Part shown: in pieces, positions 19,068-27,558 of the stretch
Position numbering within the stretch: the first letter of the stretch is position 1
How the letters are laid out: each line of letters begins with the position of its first letter
Assembly: GCA_045618065.1 (NCBI GenBank)
Contig: JAZLJU010000026.1
Location: 1 to 48,448, forward strand
Origin: Candidatus Nanosyncoccus sp.
Lineage (GTDB): Bacteria > Patescibacteriota > Saccharimonadia > Saccharimonadales > Saccharimonadaceae
Reading direction: 5' to 3'
DNA length: 48,448 nucleotides
Made by a program: the position numbers and the translations under genes
Notes under the pieces: generated by a model
Told to the model about the DNA's origin: nothing
Databases searched by the model: none
Seen by the model: the letters and a program-made list of their open reading frames with translations, nothing else

Positions 19068-19529
19068 CTATTCAGCTTTTTCTTCTGTGGGAGCTTCAGT
19101 CTCCGCCGAAGTTTCAGCTTCCACTGGAGCCTCAGCTTCAACCGGAGCCGCAGTTTCTTGTGAATCTTCTGCTGGCGCCTCTACTTCAGCCGGTGCTTCT
19201 GTTTCTGGTTCTTCTTTTGGCTGATTTTTGCGCAATTTATCTGCGTGCTTAGCTGCAGCCTTTTTGACTGGCGCCTCTTTTACCCACTTCGGTAATTTAA
19301 CACCATTCTTCTTCAAAATAAACGCCACGCGCGAAGAAGGCTGCGCGCCATTAGATAAATATTTTTCCACCAACTTTTTATCCAAAGTTAAAGCTTTAGT
19401 TTGTGGGTTATAGTTGCCGACCTCAGCCACTACGCGCCCAGAAAGTGGGTGGCGCTGGGATTCTTGGACGACTATCCGGTACGTAGGATAATGCGCCCGG
19501 CCTTTACGTTGCATGCGAATCGCTAGCAT
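19068..19529 (-). CDS. rpsP: 30S ribosomal protein S16 with Ala/Glu/Pro-rich tail
   Basis: MLAIRMQRKG, YRIVV, GNYNP, GAQPS. Confidence 0.96.
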   Translation of the reverse strand: MLAIRMQRKGRAHYPTYRIVVQESQRHPLSGRVVAEVGNYNPQTKALTLDKKLVEKYLSNGAQPSSRVAFILKKNGVKLPKWVKEAPVKKAAAKHADKLRKNQPKEEPETEAPAEVEAPAEDSQETAAPVEAEAPVEAETSAETEAPTEEKAE

Positions 19530-19647
19530 TTTTTCTCCTTAAATTATTAACTTCCCTATTATATCATATCTTTGCAAAAAAATAAACCCCAAAATCAAAA
19601 AGCAGGGCATAACACCATTATACCATAATTAAGTAAAAAAGTCAACT

Positions 19648-20352
19648 TTATACTTTATTTTCCTTCTTGTATTTTTTTACACCCTCGCGTGCAGCTTCAG
19701 TTTGTGCCTCTTGTTTAGAGTGTCCAGTCCCAACACCTTTCAAAGCCTCACCTACATACACGCCAACTGTAAACATCTTATTATGGTCTGGCCCTTCTTC
19801 TTTCATGGTTCTATAAATAGGAGTTTCTCCATCAATTTTTTGCGCCAATTCCTGTACATAAGATTTTGGATCACGCCAAGATTCTTCTTCTAAAACCGTA
19901 TTAATTTTTACCAAAATGTGTTTTGCAATAAAATCTTGCGCCGCATTATATCCTTGGTCTAGATAAATAGCACCAATCACCGCCTCAAAACAATCTGCCA
20001 AAATCGAATCATGTGCCCGCTCTGAGCCCATCTTTTCACCTTTAGACATTCGCACTAACGGCGCATAGCCAAGCTCTTTACCAGCATCGCCAATCGATTC
20101 GGTTCGCACCAAAGCCGCCCTCACTGCAGTCATAATTCCCTCAGGTTCATTGTAATTTTGATACAAAAAATCTGAAGAAACTAATTCTAGAACTGCGTCA
20201 CCTAAAAATTCCAACCTTTCATTATGTTCGTGAGTTTTACGATGCTCATTCACATAGCTTCGATGAGTTAACGCCGTCACTAATAGGTTTATGTCGTTAA
20301 ATTCAAAACCCAATTTTTCTTTAGCGAATTCTTTATATGGTGTATAATCCAT
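19648..20352 (-). CDS. rnc: ribonuclease III (likely start ATG 20352)
   Basis: HNERLEFLGDAVL signature, dsRBD; GGAGG SD before ATG 20352. Confidence 0.96.
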   Translation of the reverse strand: MDYTPYKEFAKEKLGFEFNDINLLVTALTHRSYVNEHRKTHEHNERLEFLGDAVLELVSSDFLYQNYNEPEGIMTAVRAALVRTESIGDAGKELGYAPLVRMSKGEKMGSERAHDSILADCFEAVIGAIYLDQGYNAAQDFIAKHILVKINTVLEEESWRDPKSYVQELAQKIDGETPIYRTMKEEGPDHNKMFTVGVYVGEALKGVGTGHSKQEAQTEAAREGVKKYKKENKV

Positions 20353-20359
20353 TTTCCTC

Positions 20360-21046
20360 CTAAAAATCTCCCGCACGAATTTTCTTTTTCGCGATCAACA
20401 TTAATTTTTCAATATCTTCATATTCAATCAAATCTAACGCCTCAGCAAACGGGAACCATGCAATTCCCTTCATCCACTTCTCTGGAATTGGTTGCTCCTG
20501 ATCATCTAATTCCTGCACCAGATAAATCTGTGTTGTCATTAAAACCAATTTATCTAAACGGCGATATTTAAACTGAATTTTCCCAAGCCAAGTCAAAATC
20601 GAAACATTTTTAAGACCAGTTTCCTCGGCAATTTCTCTACGTGCTGTAATTTTTGCCGTCTCTCCAGGCTCAATATGACCTTTCGGGATCGTCCAACGAC
20701 CTTTAGAATCTTGAATTAATAAAATTTCGATATCTTTTTTGTCCTTCGTCATACGAAAAACTATGCCGCCCGCAGTTGGCTCCCTTACAATCGCTTGTAT
20801 AGCCGATTTTTTACGAAAAACAGCCGATTTAATTTTATCTAGAGCCGTCTCTTTTACTCGATCCTCAGGCAACGCCTCGGGAACTTTAAAAGCCCGCTTT
20901 GCAGTCGGTTCTACTTGAAGTTTGTTCGCCGACTTAAGCTGACTTACTGTCCGCTTTAGCGGCTTTGCCGCCAGATTTGCCTTTTCCTGTTGACCCATCG
21001 GCGGTTTCGGTATTCTTTGTGACCTTACTATTTTTTTCTGGTCCAT
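20360..21046 (-). CDS. NUDIX hydrolase (start uncertain)
   Basis: PKGHIEPGE...[10 protein letters not shown] Nudix box. Confidence 0.85.
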   Translation of the reverse strand: MDQKKIVRSQRIPKPPMGQQEKANLAAKPLKRTVSQLKSANKLQVEPTAKRAFKVPEALPEDRVKETALDKIKSAVFRKKSAIQAIVREPTAGGIVFRMTKDKKDIEILLIQDSKGRWTIPKGHIEPGETAKITARREIAEETGLKNVSILTWLGKIQFKYRRLDKLVLMTTQIYLVQELDDQEQPIPEKWMKGIAWFPFAEALDLIEYEDIEKLMLIAKKKIRAGDF

Positions 21047-21482
21047 TTTCTTTAATTCCTAATTGTTTATAAGCTGTTCCGAGCACTCCGTTCACAAATT
21101 TCGACGAATTTTCTGAACCAAAAGCTTTGGCTAGCTCTACAGCTTCATTAATAGCTACTTTCGGAGGAATAGTATTACCACATTCCGAAAGTTCGTATAA
21201 ACCCATCCTTAAAATATTTCGATCAATTGCCGCAATCGAACTGATTGGCCATTCTGGCGCAATTGGGGCTAATACTTTATCTAATGTTTCAAAATTCTCC
21301 GCTACTTCATGCGTTAAATTATACACAAATTCCGTATCGCCCAATGTTTTTTCATAAGGTTCGATGTTTTTCGCGACAATTACATCTAAATCGACGTCAG
21401 GGTCTTTTGCTAGAGTCCTAAGTTCATATTCGTATAAACTTTGTAGAACAATTACTCTTCCTAAATGTCGATTACTTGCCAT
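20934..21482 (-). CDS. nusB: transcription antitermination factor NusB
   Basis: [32 protein letters not shown]. Confidence 0.95.
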   Translation of the reverse strand: MASNRHLGRVIVLQSLYEYELRTLAKDPDVDLDVIVAKNIEPYEKTLGDTEFVYNLTHEVAENFETLDKVLAPIAPEWPISSIAAIDRNILRMGLYELSECGNTIPPKVAINEAVELAKAFGSENSSKFVNGVLGTAYKQLGIKENGPEKNSKVTKNTETADGSTGKGKSGGKAAKADSKSA

Positions 21483-21525
21483 TTTAATATTCTATCCTTT
21501 TTTTATTATCCCCCTTGATATTTTT

Positions 21526-21699
21526 CTAAGCGCTCTTTTTAGCTTTTTTAGTTTTAACTTTCAAATTTGGGGTAGTCTTCTTAGTTTCAAAAACTTTCAC
21601 CGGCGAAGTTTTATTAACTCGTCGTGCCAGTTTAAGTCGAAGATGACTCCTACGAAGCCCTGTTTTGCGCGGACTACTTTGTTTCTTAGGTTCAGGCAT
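21526..21699 (-). CDS. rpmF: 50S ribosomal protein L32 (Cys-free); not in ORF track
   Basis: manual translation MPEPKKQSSPRKTGLRRSHLRLKLARRVNKTSPVKVF...; AAGGAG SD; upstream of nusB-rnc. Confidence 0.85.
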   Translation of the reverse strand: MPEPKKQSSPRKTGLRRSHLRLKLARRVNKTSPVKVFETKKTTPNLKVKTKKAKKSA

Positions 21700-21778
21700 T
21701 TTGCTCCTTAAATTTAATATGATATTTTTCTCATTTTACCATGAGATTACTACTTTTTCAACCCCAAAATCCGCGACT

Positions 21779-21985
21779 TTACTTTTCTAGTTCCTTTAGT
21801 GCTCGTTTAATTGCTGGCCGATCAAACCCCACAATTCGCTCGCCGTTAATTTCCGTCACCGGCACCGTAGAGATATCTGACTCCTTTGTGGCGTCCATCT
21901 CTTGATATTTAATCCCCTTCTCATCTAGCCAATCCATTAGGGCGTGGCAATAAATACAAGTTGGTGTAGTATAAACTTTTATCAT
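21779..21985 (-). CDS. glutaredoxin/NrdH-like protein
   Basis: CIYC, TVPV, IVGFD. Confidence 0.9.
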   Translation of the reverse strand: MIKVYTTPTCIYCHALMDWLDEKGIKYQEMDATKESDISTVPVTEINGERIVGFDRPAIKRALKELEK

Positions 21986-22488
21986 ATTTCCATTATACCA
22001 TACATCGCAATACCAGCCGCTACTGACACGTTAAAAGATTCTTTTTGCCCACGCATCGGTATTTCTAAAAACAGATCAATTATATCATAGAGTGAATAAT
22101 CTATCCCGTGCACTTCCTCACCCAAAATCAGCACGACCTTAGATTTTAATTTATCTTTTACTTCTTTACTTCCCATTTTATAGAGCCGCGCATCATCAAT
22201 ATTATTCTCCAAGCCCACAATTTGCCACCCCTCATTTTTTAACTTTTTCACCTCTGTAATTATATCACCAGATGAATAAATTTTTAGCATATCTTCGGCT
22301 CCAAGAGCAGTCTTATGAATCTCTTTATCAAGTTTCTCACGCAAATGTGGTAATAAATTCTTATCATGCACTCTAGGTGTATAACCAGACAAAATCACTC
22401 GTTCCACTCCAAATCCTTCCGCCGTCCTAAGAATCGCCCCCACGTTATAACATGACCGTATATTATCTAACACCAAAATCATTTCCAT
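21982..22488 (-). CDS. TrmH/SpoU family RNA methyltransferase (likely start ATG 22488)
   Basis: LDNIRSCYNVGAILRTA, LGEEVHG, IPMRGQKESFNVSVAAGI. Confidence 0.9.
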   Translation of the reverse strand: MEMILVLDNIRSCYNVGAILRTAEGFGVERVILSGYTPRVHDKNLLPHLREKLDKEIHKTALGAEDMLKIYSSGDIITEVKKLKNEGWQIVGLENNIDDARLYKMGSKEVKDKLKSKVVLILGEEVHGIDYSLYDIIDLFLEIPMRGQKESFNVSVAAGIAMYGIMEI

Positions 22489-22493
22489 TACCA

Positions 22494-22518
22494 AATTATA
22501 CCAGATTATGGTATAATT
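22494..22518. promoter_or_regulatory. back-to-back extended -10 promoters for the methyltransferase gene and leuS
   Basis: aattatacca-gatta-tggtataatt perfect inverted repeat; TGGTATAAT 6-7 nt before each ATG. Confidence 0.75.
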
Positions 22519-22524
22519 GTCTCT

Positions 22525-25026
22525 ATGAAAAGATATGAGCCCTTGGCAATTGAAAAAAAATGGCAAGAAAAATGGGAAAAAACTCAGGCCTTTAAAGCGA
22601 CTGAGAATTCCGACAAACCCAAGATGTTCCTCGCCGAAATGTTCCCTTACCCATCTGGCGCCGGCTTGCACGTGGGCCATGTTCGCAACTTTACTATTGT
22701 GGATGTGCTTACTCGTTTTTATACTCAGCAAGGGCTAAATGTCTTGCGACCGTTCGGCTACGACACTTTTGGACTTCCAGCGGAAAATTATGCTATCAAA
22801 ACCGGCACCGCACCCCAAGAAGTCACTAAATCGAATATCGCCAATTTTCGCAACCAAGCCAAGCGCTTAGGCTACGCTATCGACTGGTCTCGAGAAATTA
22901 ATACTTCTGATCCGGAATATTACAAATGGACTCAGTGGTGCTTTTTACAACTTTATAAAAAAGGCTTAGCCTATCAAAAAGAATCCTATCAATGGTGGTG
23001 CCCAGTCGACCAAACAGTTTTGGCTAATGAGCAAGTCGAAAATGGCTGTTGTTGGCGCTGCGGTCACGAAGTTGAAAAGAAAAAAATGAAACAATGGTTT
23101 TTTAAAATCACCGAATACGCCGATGAATTACTCGAAGAAATTGACAACCTAGATTGGCCCGAAAAAATCAAAACTATGCAAAAAAACTGGATCGGACGCT
23201 CAGTGGGCGCTGAAATTGACTTCCCAATTGCTACTAAAGTTGTTTCTGCGAGCGTTCGCGACAACGGGAGCGAACGACGAAGCGAGCCCTATGACGATAG
23301 GCACGAGCAAGGAGGCGAGCAAAAACAACTTTATAATAATCGTAAAGTTAAAGTCTTTACCACTCGCCCAGACACCATTCTCGGCGCCACTTTCCTAGTT
23401 GTTGCCCCAGAATACCCAGCATTAGAAACCCTTCTTACCGACGATACTTACGACCAAGTTTTAGCCTATAAAGCTGCCGCTCTTAAAAAATCCGAAATCG
23501 AACGCCAAGAAAACAAAGAAAAAACCGGCGTCTTCACTGGTTCTTATGCTATCAATCCAGCTACCAAAGAAAAAATCCCTATCTGGGTAGCAGATTATGT
23601 TTTGTCTGGCTATGGTACTGGTGCAATTATGGCTGTACCTGCCATGGACGATCGCGACCGCGAATTTGCCGAAAAATTCAATTTGCCAATTATAGAAACT
23701 GAACTTGTCGACCGCGACACCTACGGAACCCCAAAAACTACTTACAAAATGCGCGACTGGCTAATTTCACGCCAACGCTATTGGGGTTGTCCAATTCCAA
23801 TCGCTTATGATAAAGATGGCAATGCTCACCCAATTCCAGAAGATCAACTCCCGGTTTTGATTCCAGAAGTTAAAGACTACAAACCAGACAATTCTGGACA
23901 TTCAGCCCTAGCTAAAGCTAAAGATTGGCTCAAAGTTAAAATCCCTGTTAAAGATCCAAAAACTGGCGAAATTCACGAAGAAGAAATGACTAGAGAAACC
24001 GATACTCTAGACGGCTACGCTTGTTCGTCTTGGTATCTCTGGCGTTACGCTTCCCCGCACGACAATAATCACGCCTGGGATCCAGAAGCTATCAAATATT
24101 GGGCACCGACCGACATTTACGTAGGCGCTGATCACGCCGTCGCTCATCTACTTTATATCCGTTTTTGGTGTAAATTCTTCGCCGATGAAGGATATTTACC
24201 TTTCCGTGAACCGGTTAAAAAATTAATCTATCATGGCTACATTAATGCGCCTGATGGTAAAAAAATGTCTAAATCTAAAGGTAACGTTATCGACCCGCTA
24301 GATGTAATCGATGAGGGATATGGCGCCGATACTCTACGCACCTACGAAATGTTCATCGGTCCAGTCGAACTCGATGCTGCCTGGAACCCTCGTTCAGTCG
24401 GCGGAGTTTATAGATTTTTGAACCGCTGTTATACGCTTTGTTTCGAGAATAAGAATAAAGATATTGATGAGGGTGTTTCTAGAGAGCTTCCGCGACCAAC
24501 GGGGAGCGGCTTGAGCGAAGTGAGCCCCGTAACGACGGGCGCGAACGAGCGTCTCTCTAAAACATCCGATTCAATATCCAATACTACAGTTATAAGAAAT
24601 AAAACCATCAAAAAAGTTACCGAGGATATCTATCGTCAAAACTTCAACACCGCTGTCGCAGCATTAATGGAATACGTCAACGAACTTTATAAAACTACAC
24701 CAGAAACCGAAGATATCATAACCTTAGCAAAATTATTAAAGCCTTTCGCTCCGCATTTGGCTTCTGAAATGCTCGAATTCTTAAATTCCAACGATGAATG
24801 GCCAAAATGGGACGAAAAATTTCTTATCTCTGATACCGTAGAAATTATCGTTCAGGTCAACGGCAAATTACGTGGCAAATTGTCTGTCTCTACCAATGAT
24901 TTAGGAAACGAAGAGAAAATCATAAATCTCGCAAAAAACGATCAAAAAATCCAAAAACACTTAACCGACAACATCAAAAAAACCATCTTTGTCAAAAAAG
25001 CTAAAATTTTAAATTTTGTAGTATAA
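22525..25026 (+). CDS. leuS: leucyl-tRNA synthetase with two in-frame palindromic insertions
   Basis: MFPYPSG..LHVGH, FTTRPDT, WLISRQRYWG, KMSKS. Confidence 0.97.
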   Translation: MKRYEPLAIEKKWQEKWEKTQAFKATENSDKPKMFLAEMFPYPSGAGLHVGHVRNFTIVDVLTRFYTQQGLNVLRPFGYDTFGLPAENYAIKTGTAPQEVTKSNIANFRNQAKRLGYAIDWSREINTSDPEYYKWTQWCFLQLYKKGLAYQKESYQWWCPVDQTVLANEQVENGCCWRCGHEVEKKKMKQWFFKITEYADELLEEIDNLDWPEKIKTMQKNWIGRSVGAEIDFPIATKVVSASVRDNGSERRSEPYDDRHEQGGEQKQLYNNRKVKVFTTRPDTILGATFLVVAPEYPALETLLTDDTYDQVLAYKAAALKKSEIERQENKEKTGVFTGSYAINPATKEKIPIWVADYVLSGYGTGAIMAVPAMDDRDREFAEKFNLPIIETELVDRDTYGTPKTTYKMRDWLISRQRYWGCPIPIAYDKDGNAHPIPEDQLPVLIPEVKDYKPDNSGHSALAKAKDWLKVKIPVKDPKTGEIHEEEMTRETDTLDGYACSSWYLWRYASPHDNNHAWDPEAIKYWAPTDIYVGADHAVAHLLYIRFWCKFFADEGYLPFREPVKKLIYHGYINAPDGKKMSKSKGNVIDPLDVIDEGYGADTLRTYEMFIGPVELDAAWNPRSVGGVYRFLNRCYTLCFENKNKDIDEGVSRELPRPTGSGLSEVSPVTTGANERLSKTSDSISNTTVIRNKTIKKVTEDIYRQNFNTAVAALMEYVNELYKTTPETEDIITLAKLLKPFAPHLASEMLEFLNSNDEWPKWDEKFLISDTVEIIVQVNGKLRGKLSVSTNDLGNEEKIINLAKNDQKIQKHLTDNIKKTIFVKKAKILNFVV
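23235..23333 (+). repeat. structured palindromic element copy E2, in frame in leuS (99 nt)
   Basis: taaagttgtttctgc / gcaaaaacaacttta terminal stem; same core architecture as E1 and E3. Confidence 0.85.
24460..24578 (+). repeat. structured palindromic element copy E3, in frame in leuS
   Basis: gatattga/tcaatatc and gggtgttt-c-tagagag/ctctcta-aaacatcc stems; gagccccgtaacgacgggcgcga identical to E1. Confidence 0.85.
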
Positions 25027-25034
25027 AAGCAAAG

Positions 25035-26273
25035 CTACTTATTTAATAAATGCTTATAAATATTAACGAACTTATCCAGGGTTTTTTCAAAATCATGTTC
25101 GTGTGCAATCTCTATAGACTTTTCGCTAAATTTTTTCTGCAAATTTTTATCTGTTAAAATTTTTATCATCGCCTCACTGATTTCTGATACATTTTTCGGC
25201 TGGCACAAATAGCCATTTTTACCACTTTCACAAACTTCCGCTACTGCACCTTTATCTACGGCGATTAAAGGTAGCCCTGTCGCTGCCGCCTCTATCAAAA
25301 CAATTCCCTGAGTCTCAATCTCCGAAGCCGTAGCAAACACATCACCCACCTTATAAAGCTCGTATAAATCTGGTGGCAAAATTCTTCCCAAAAAATGAAT
25401 ATTCTGACAAGTTTTATTTTCCTCTACCAACCTAGCCCTATCTACGCCATCACCAACCACCACGAGCTGTGCTTTCAGTCCATTTTTTTCCGCCTCTAAA
25501 AACGCGTCCGCTATCAATCCTACCTTTTTCTCTGGATCCACCCTGCCTACATATAGAACCGTCGGCAAAATTTCATCTAAACCATACTTTTTATATATTT
25601 CTTTTTTAGGTTTGCCGGGCTTAAAATTCGATAAATCTACCCCGTTAGATACCGCAGCAACTGGCACCTTAAAATCCTTCCCTTTTTTAAAAATCAAGTT
25701 ATCGATGGCTTGTTTTGTCGGCATAGTCACAAAATCACTTTTATTTTGCCTATGGTAAAAATAATCATATAAAAGTGCGTTGACTGGCTTTTGCACTACT
25801 TTAGGCATGTGCATCGGTTCAGTTAAAACTTCCGGCTGATTATGCTCAGTTGTTACTACTGGGATATTTCGTCTTTTAGCATAAGAAACCACCGACAGCC
25901 CAATCGGATCCGACACCTGTACGTGTACCACATCGGGTTTAAATTTATCTAAAATCTTTCTTATTTCATGCACTGGGAACACCGAAACTTTAAAGCCATT
26001 TTTATAGAACAAATGTGGCCAATTAATTCCCAAAAACTTTTTCTTCTCTGGTACTTTATGAATTTGATCTGGGTAAATTTTTACATTAACAGATTTCAAA
26101 AAAACAGTTTTCACCCCATCTATAACTTTTGTATAATTTTTACCTGTCTGTGATGGGCAAATCACCATAACTTCATGGCCACGCTTTGCTAATCCAACTG
26201 CCAAATTGTGCGAAAATACTGCCACCCCATTTATCATTGGATGATATACTGCTGTTGCGATTACTATTTTCAT
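25035..26273 (-). CDS. GT4 family glycosyltransferase
   Basis: YHPMINGV, YVGRVDPEK, ETQGIVLIEA. Confidence 0.9.
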   Translation of the reverse strand: MKIVIATAVYHPMINGVAVFSHNLAVGLAKRGHEVMVICPSQTGKNYTKVIDGVKTVFLKSVNVKIYPDQIHKVPEKKKFLGINWPHLFYKNGFKVSVFPVHEIRKILDKFKPDVVHVQVSDPIGLSVVSYAKRRNIPVVTTEHNQPEVLTEPMHMPKVVQKPVNALLYDYFYHRQNKSDFVTMPTKQAIDNLIFKKGKDFKVPVAAVSNGVDLSNFKPGKPKKEIYKKYGLDEILPTVLYVGRVDPEKKVGLIADAFLEAEKNGLKAQLVVVGDGVDRARLVEENKTCQNIHFLGRILPPDLYELYKVGDVFATASEIETQGIVLIEAAATGLPLIAVDKGAVAEVCESGKNGYLCQPKNVSEISEAMIKILTDKNLQKKFSEKSIEIAHEHDFEKTLDKFVNIYKHLLNK

Positions 26274-26320
26274 TCTACCTCTGTTATTTTATTATTCAAG
26301 CGCCTAACAAAACTCCGATT

Positions 26321-27517
26321 TTACAATGATTTTGCCTTATCTAATTGCGGGTCGCGCATTGCATTAATATCTTCATAACTTCGTTCAACTTCTATATCTG
26401 GCGTAATCCCTGTTTTATTAATCGAACGGTCCTTTGGTGTATACCACTCTGCAGTTGTAACTTTAAGAGTAGTATTATTAGAAAGATCATATAAATTCTG
26501 CACCACACCCTTACCGTAAGTTTTTTCACCCACGATAGTTGCTTTGCCATAATCCTGTAAAGCTCCAGCCGTAATCTCCGAAGCCGATGCCGTAGAGCCA
26601 TCAACGAGCACAATTGTCTTCATATCTTTCAAGATTGCCTTACCAGAACTAGATTTTTCCTCAGTATTACCAGAATGTTTAGATTTTTGAACTAGAATCA
26701 CGTCATTGTCTATCCATAAACTAAGCAAATCTTTTGCTGCCGATACATAACCACCACCATTGCCACGTAAATCCAAAATTACCTTTTTTATACTCTTATC
26801 TTTAAATTCATTAGCAAAACCTTGAACCTTAGTACCGGTATCTTCGTCAAAACGCGTAATCGTTACGATTGCAGTCTTACCACTATATTCCACATAGGCT
26901 GAAACATTGTTAATAATTTCTCGTTTCATTTTAAAAGTTTTTTCTTCATTATCACGCACCACAGTTACCTCAACCTCTGTACCCTCTTCACCACGAACTT
27001 TTTTAGAAATTTCTTCAGTATCTAGATCATAAACCTCTTCGCCATCAACCTTATACAAAATATCACCCGCCAAAATCCCTGCCTTTCTAGCTGGATTATC
27101 CGGTAAGGTTCTTAATACTCTAACGTAACCATCACGAAGCCCCATTTCTACACCAATTCCCGCTCCCACATTACCGTGCAAATCGTCATAAAATTCCTTT
27201 GTCTCTTCCGAATCCATATAGACAGTATAAACATCCCCTAAAGATTCAGTTAGACCTTTTTTAGCACCCTCGATTATCTGTGACTCCGTAAAATCACCAT
27301 TATAAGAATTAGCTAATTTATCATAAACTTCATCTAACTCTGACCAATTTACACTCGAACTCTGCGAAGAGCTTAGTCCTAAATACGGCGCAAAGCCGCT
27401 CATTACATTATTCCAGTTTACGCCAACCACTACGCCAACTACCAACATCACCGCCGAAATAATTATCGCGTTGCCTAAACTAGTCTTTTTTTCTTTCCAC
27501 TCCACCTTTTCAGTCAT
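26321..27517 (-). CDS. S41 carboxy-terminal processing protease (CtpA-like) with PDZ domain
   Basis: GIGV, LDLRGNGGG, TASASEI, TYGKG. Confidence 0.92.
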   Translation of the reverse strand: MTEKVEWKEKKTSLGNAIIISAVMLVVGVVVGVNWNNVMSGFAPYLGLSSSQSSSVNWSELDEVYDKLANSYNGDFTESQIIEGAKKGLTESLGDVYTVYMDSEETKEFYDDLHGNVGAGIGVEMGLRDGYVRVLRTLPDNPARKAGILAGDILYKVDGEEVYDLDTEEISKKVRGEEGTEVEVTVVRDNEEKTFKMKREIINNVSAYVEYSGKTAIVTITRFDEDTGTKVQGFANEFKDKSIKKVILDLRGNGGGYVSAAKDLLSLWIDNDVILVQKSKHSGNTEEKSSSGKAILKDMKTIVLVDGSTASASEITAGALQDYGKATIVGEKTYGKGVVQNLYDLSNNTTLKVTTAEWYTPKDRSINKTGITPDIEVERSYEDINAMRDPQLDKAKSL

Positions 27518-27558
27518 AGAACTATTTTATCACATTTATCCTAATTTTTTTATTCAAG

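Noticed and set aside
19068-19210. Repeated gcttc/ggagc words in the rpsP 3' end
   Set aside because: Explained by the low-complexity EAPAE peptide tail.
22489-22731. N-terminal 81 aa of the 249-aa methyltransferase ORF
   Set aside because: Antisense to leuS; the leaderless ATG at 22488 fits the family start.
835-24578. E1-E3 as CRISPR repeats, inteins or group I/II introns
   Set aside because: Dispersed and divergent with no spacer array or cas genes; too short, and lacking intein C/S...HN ends or intron core motifs.
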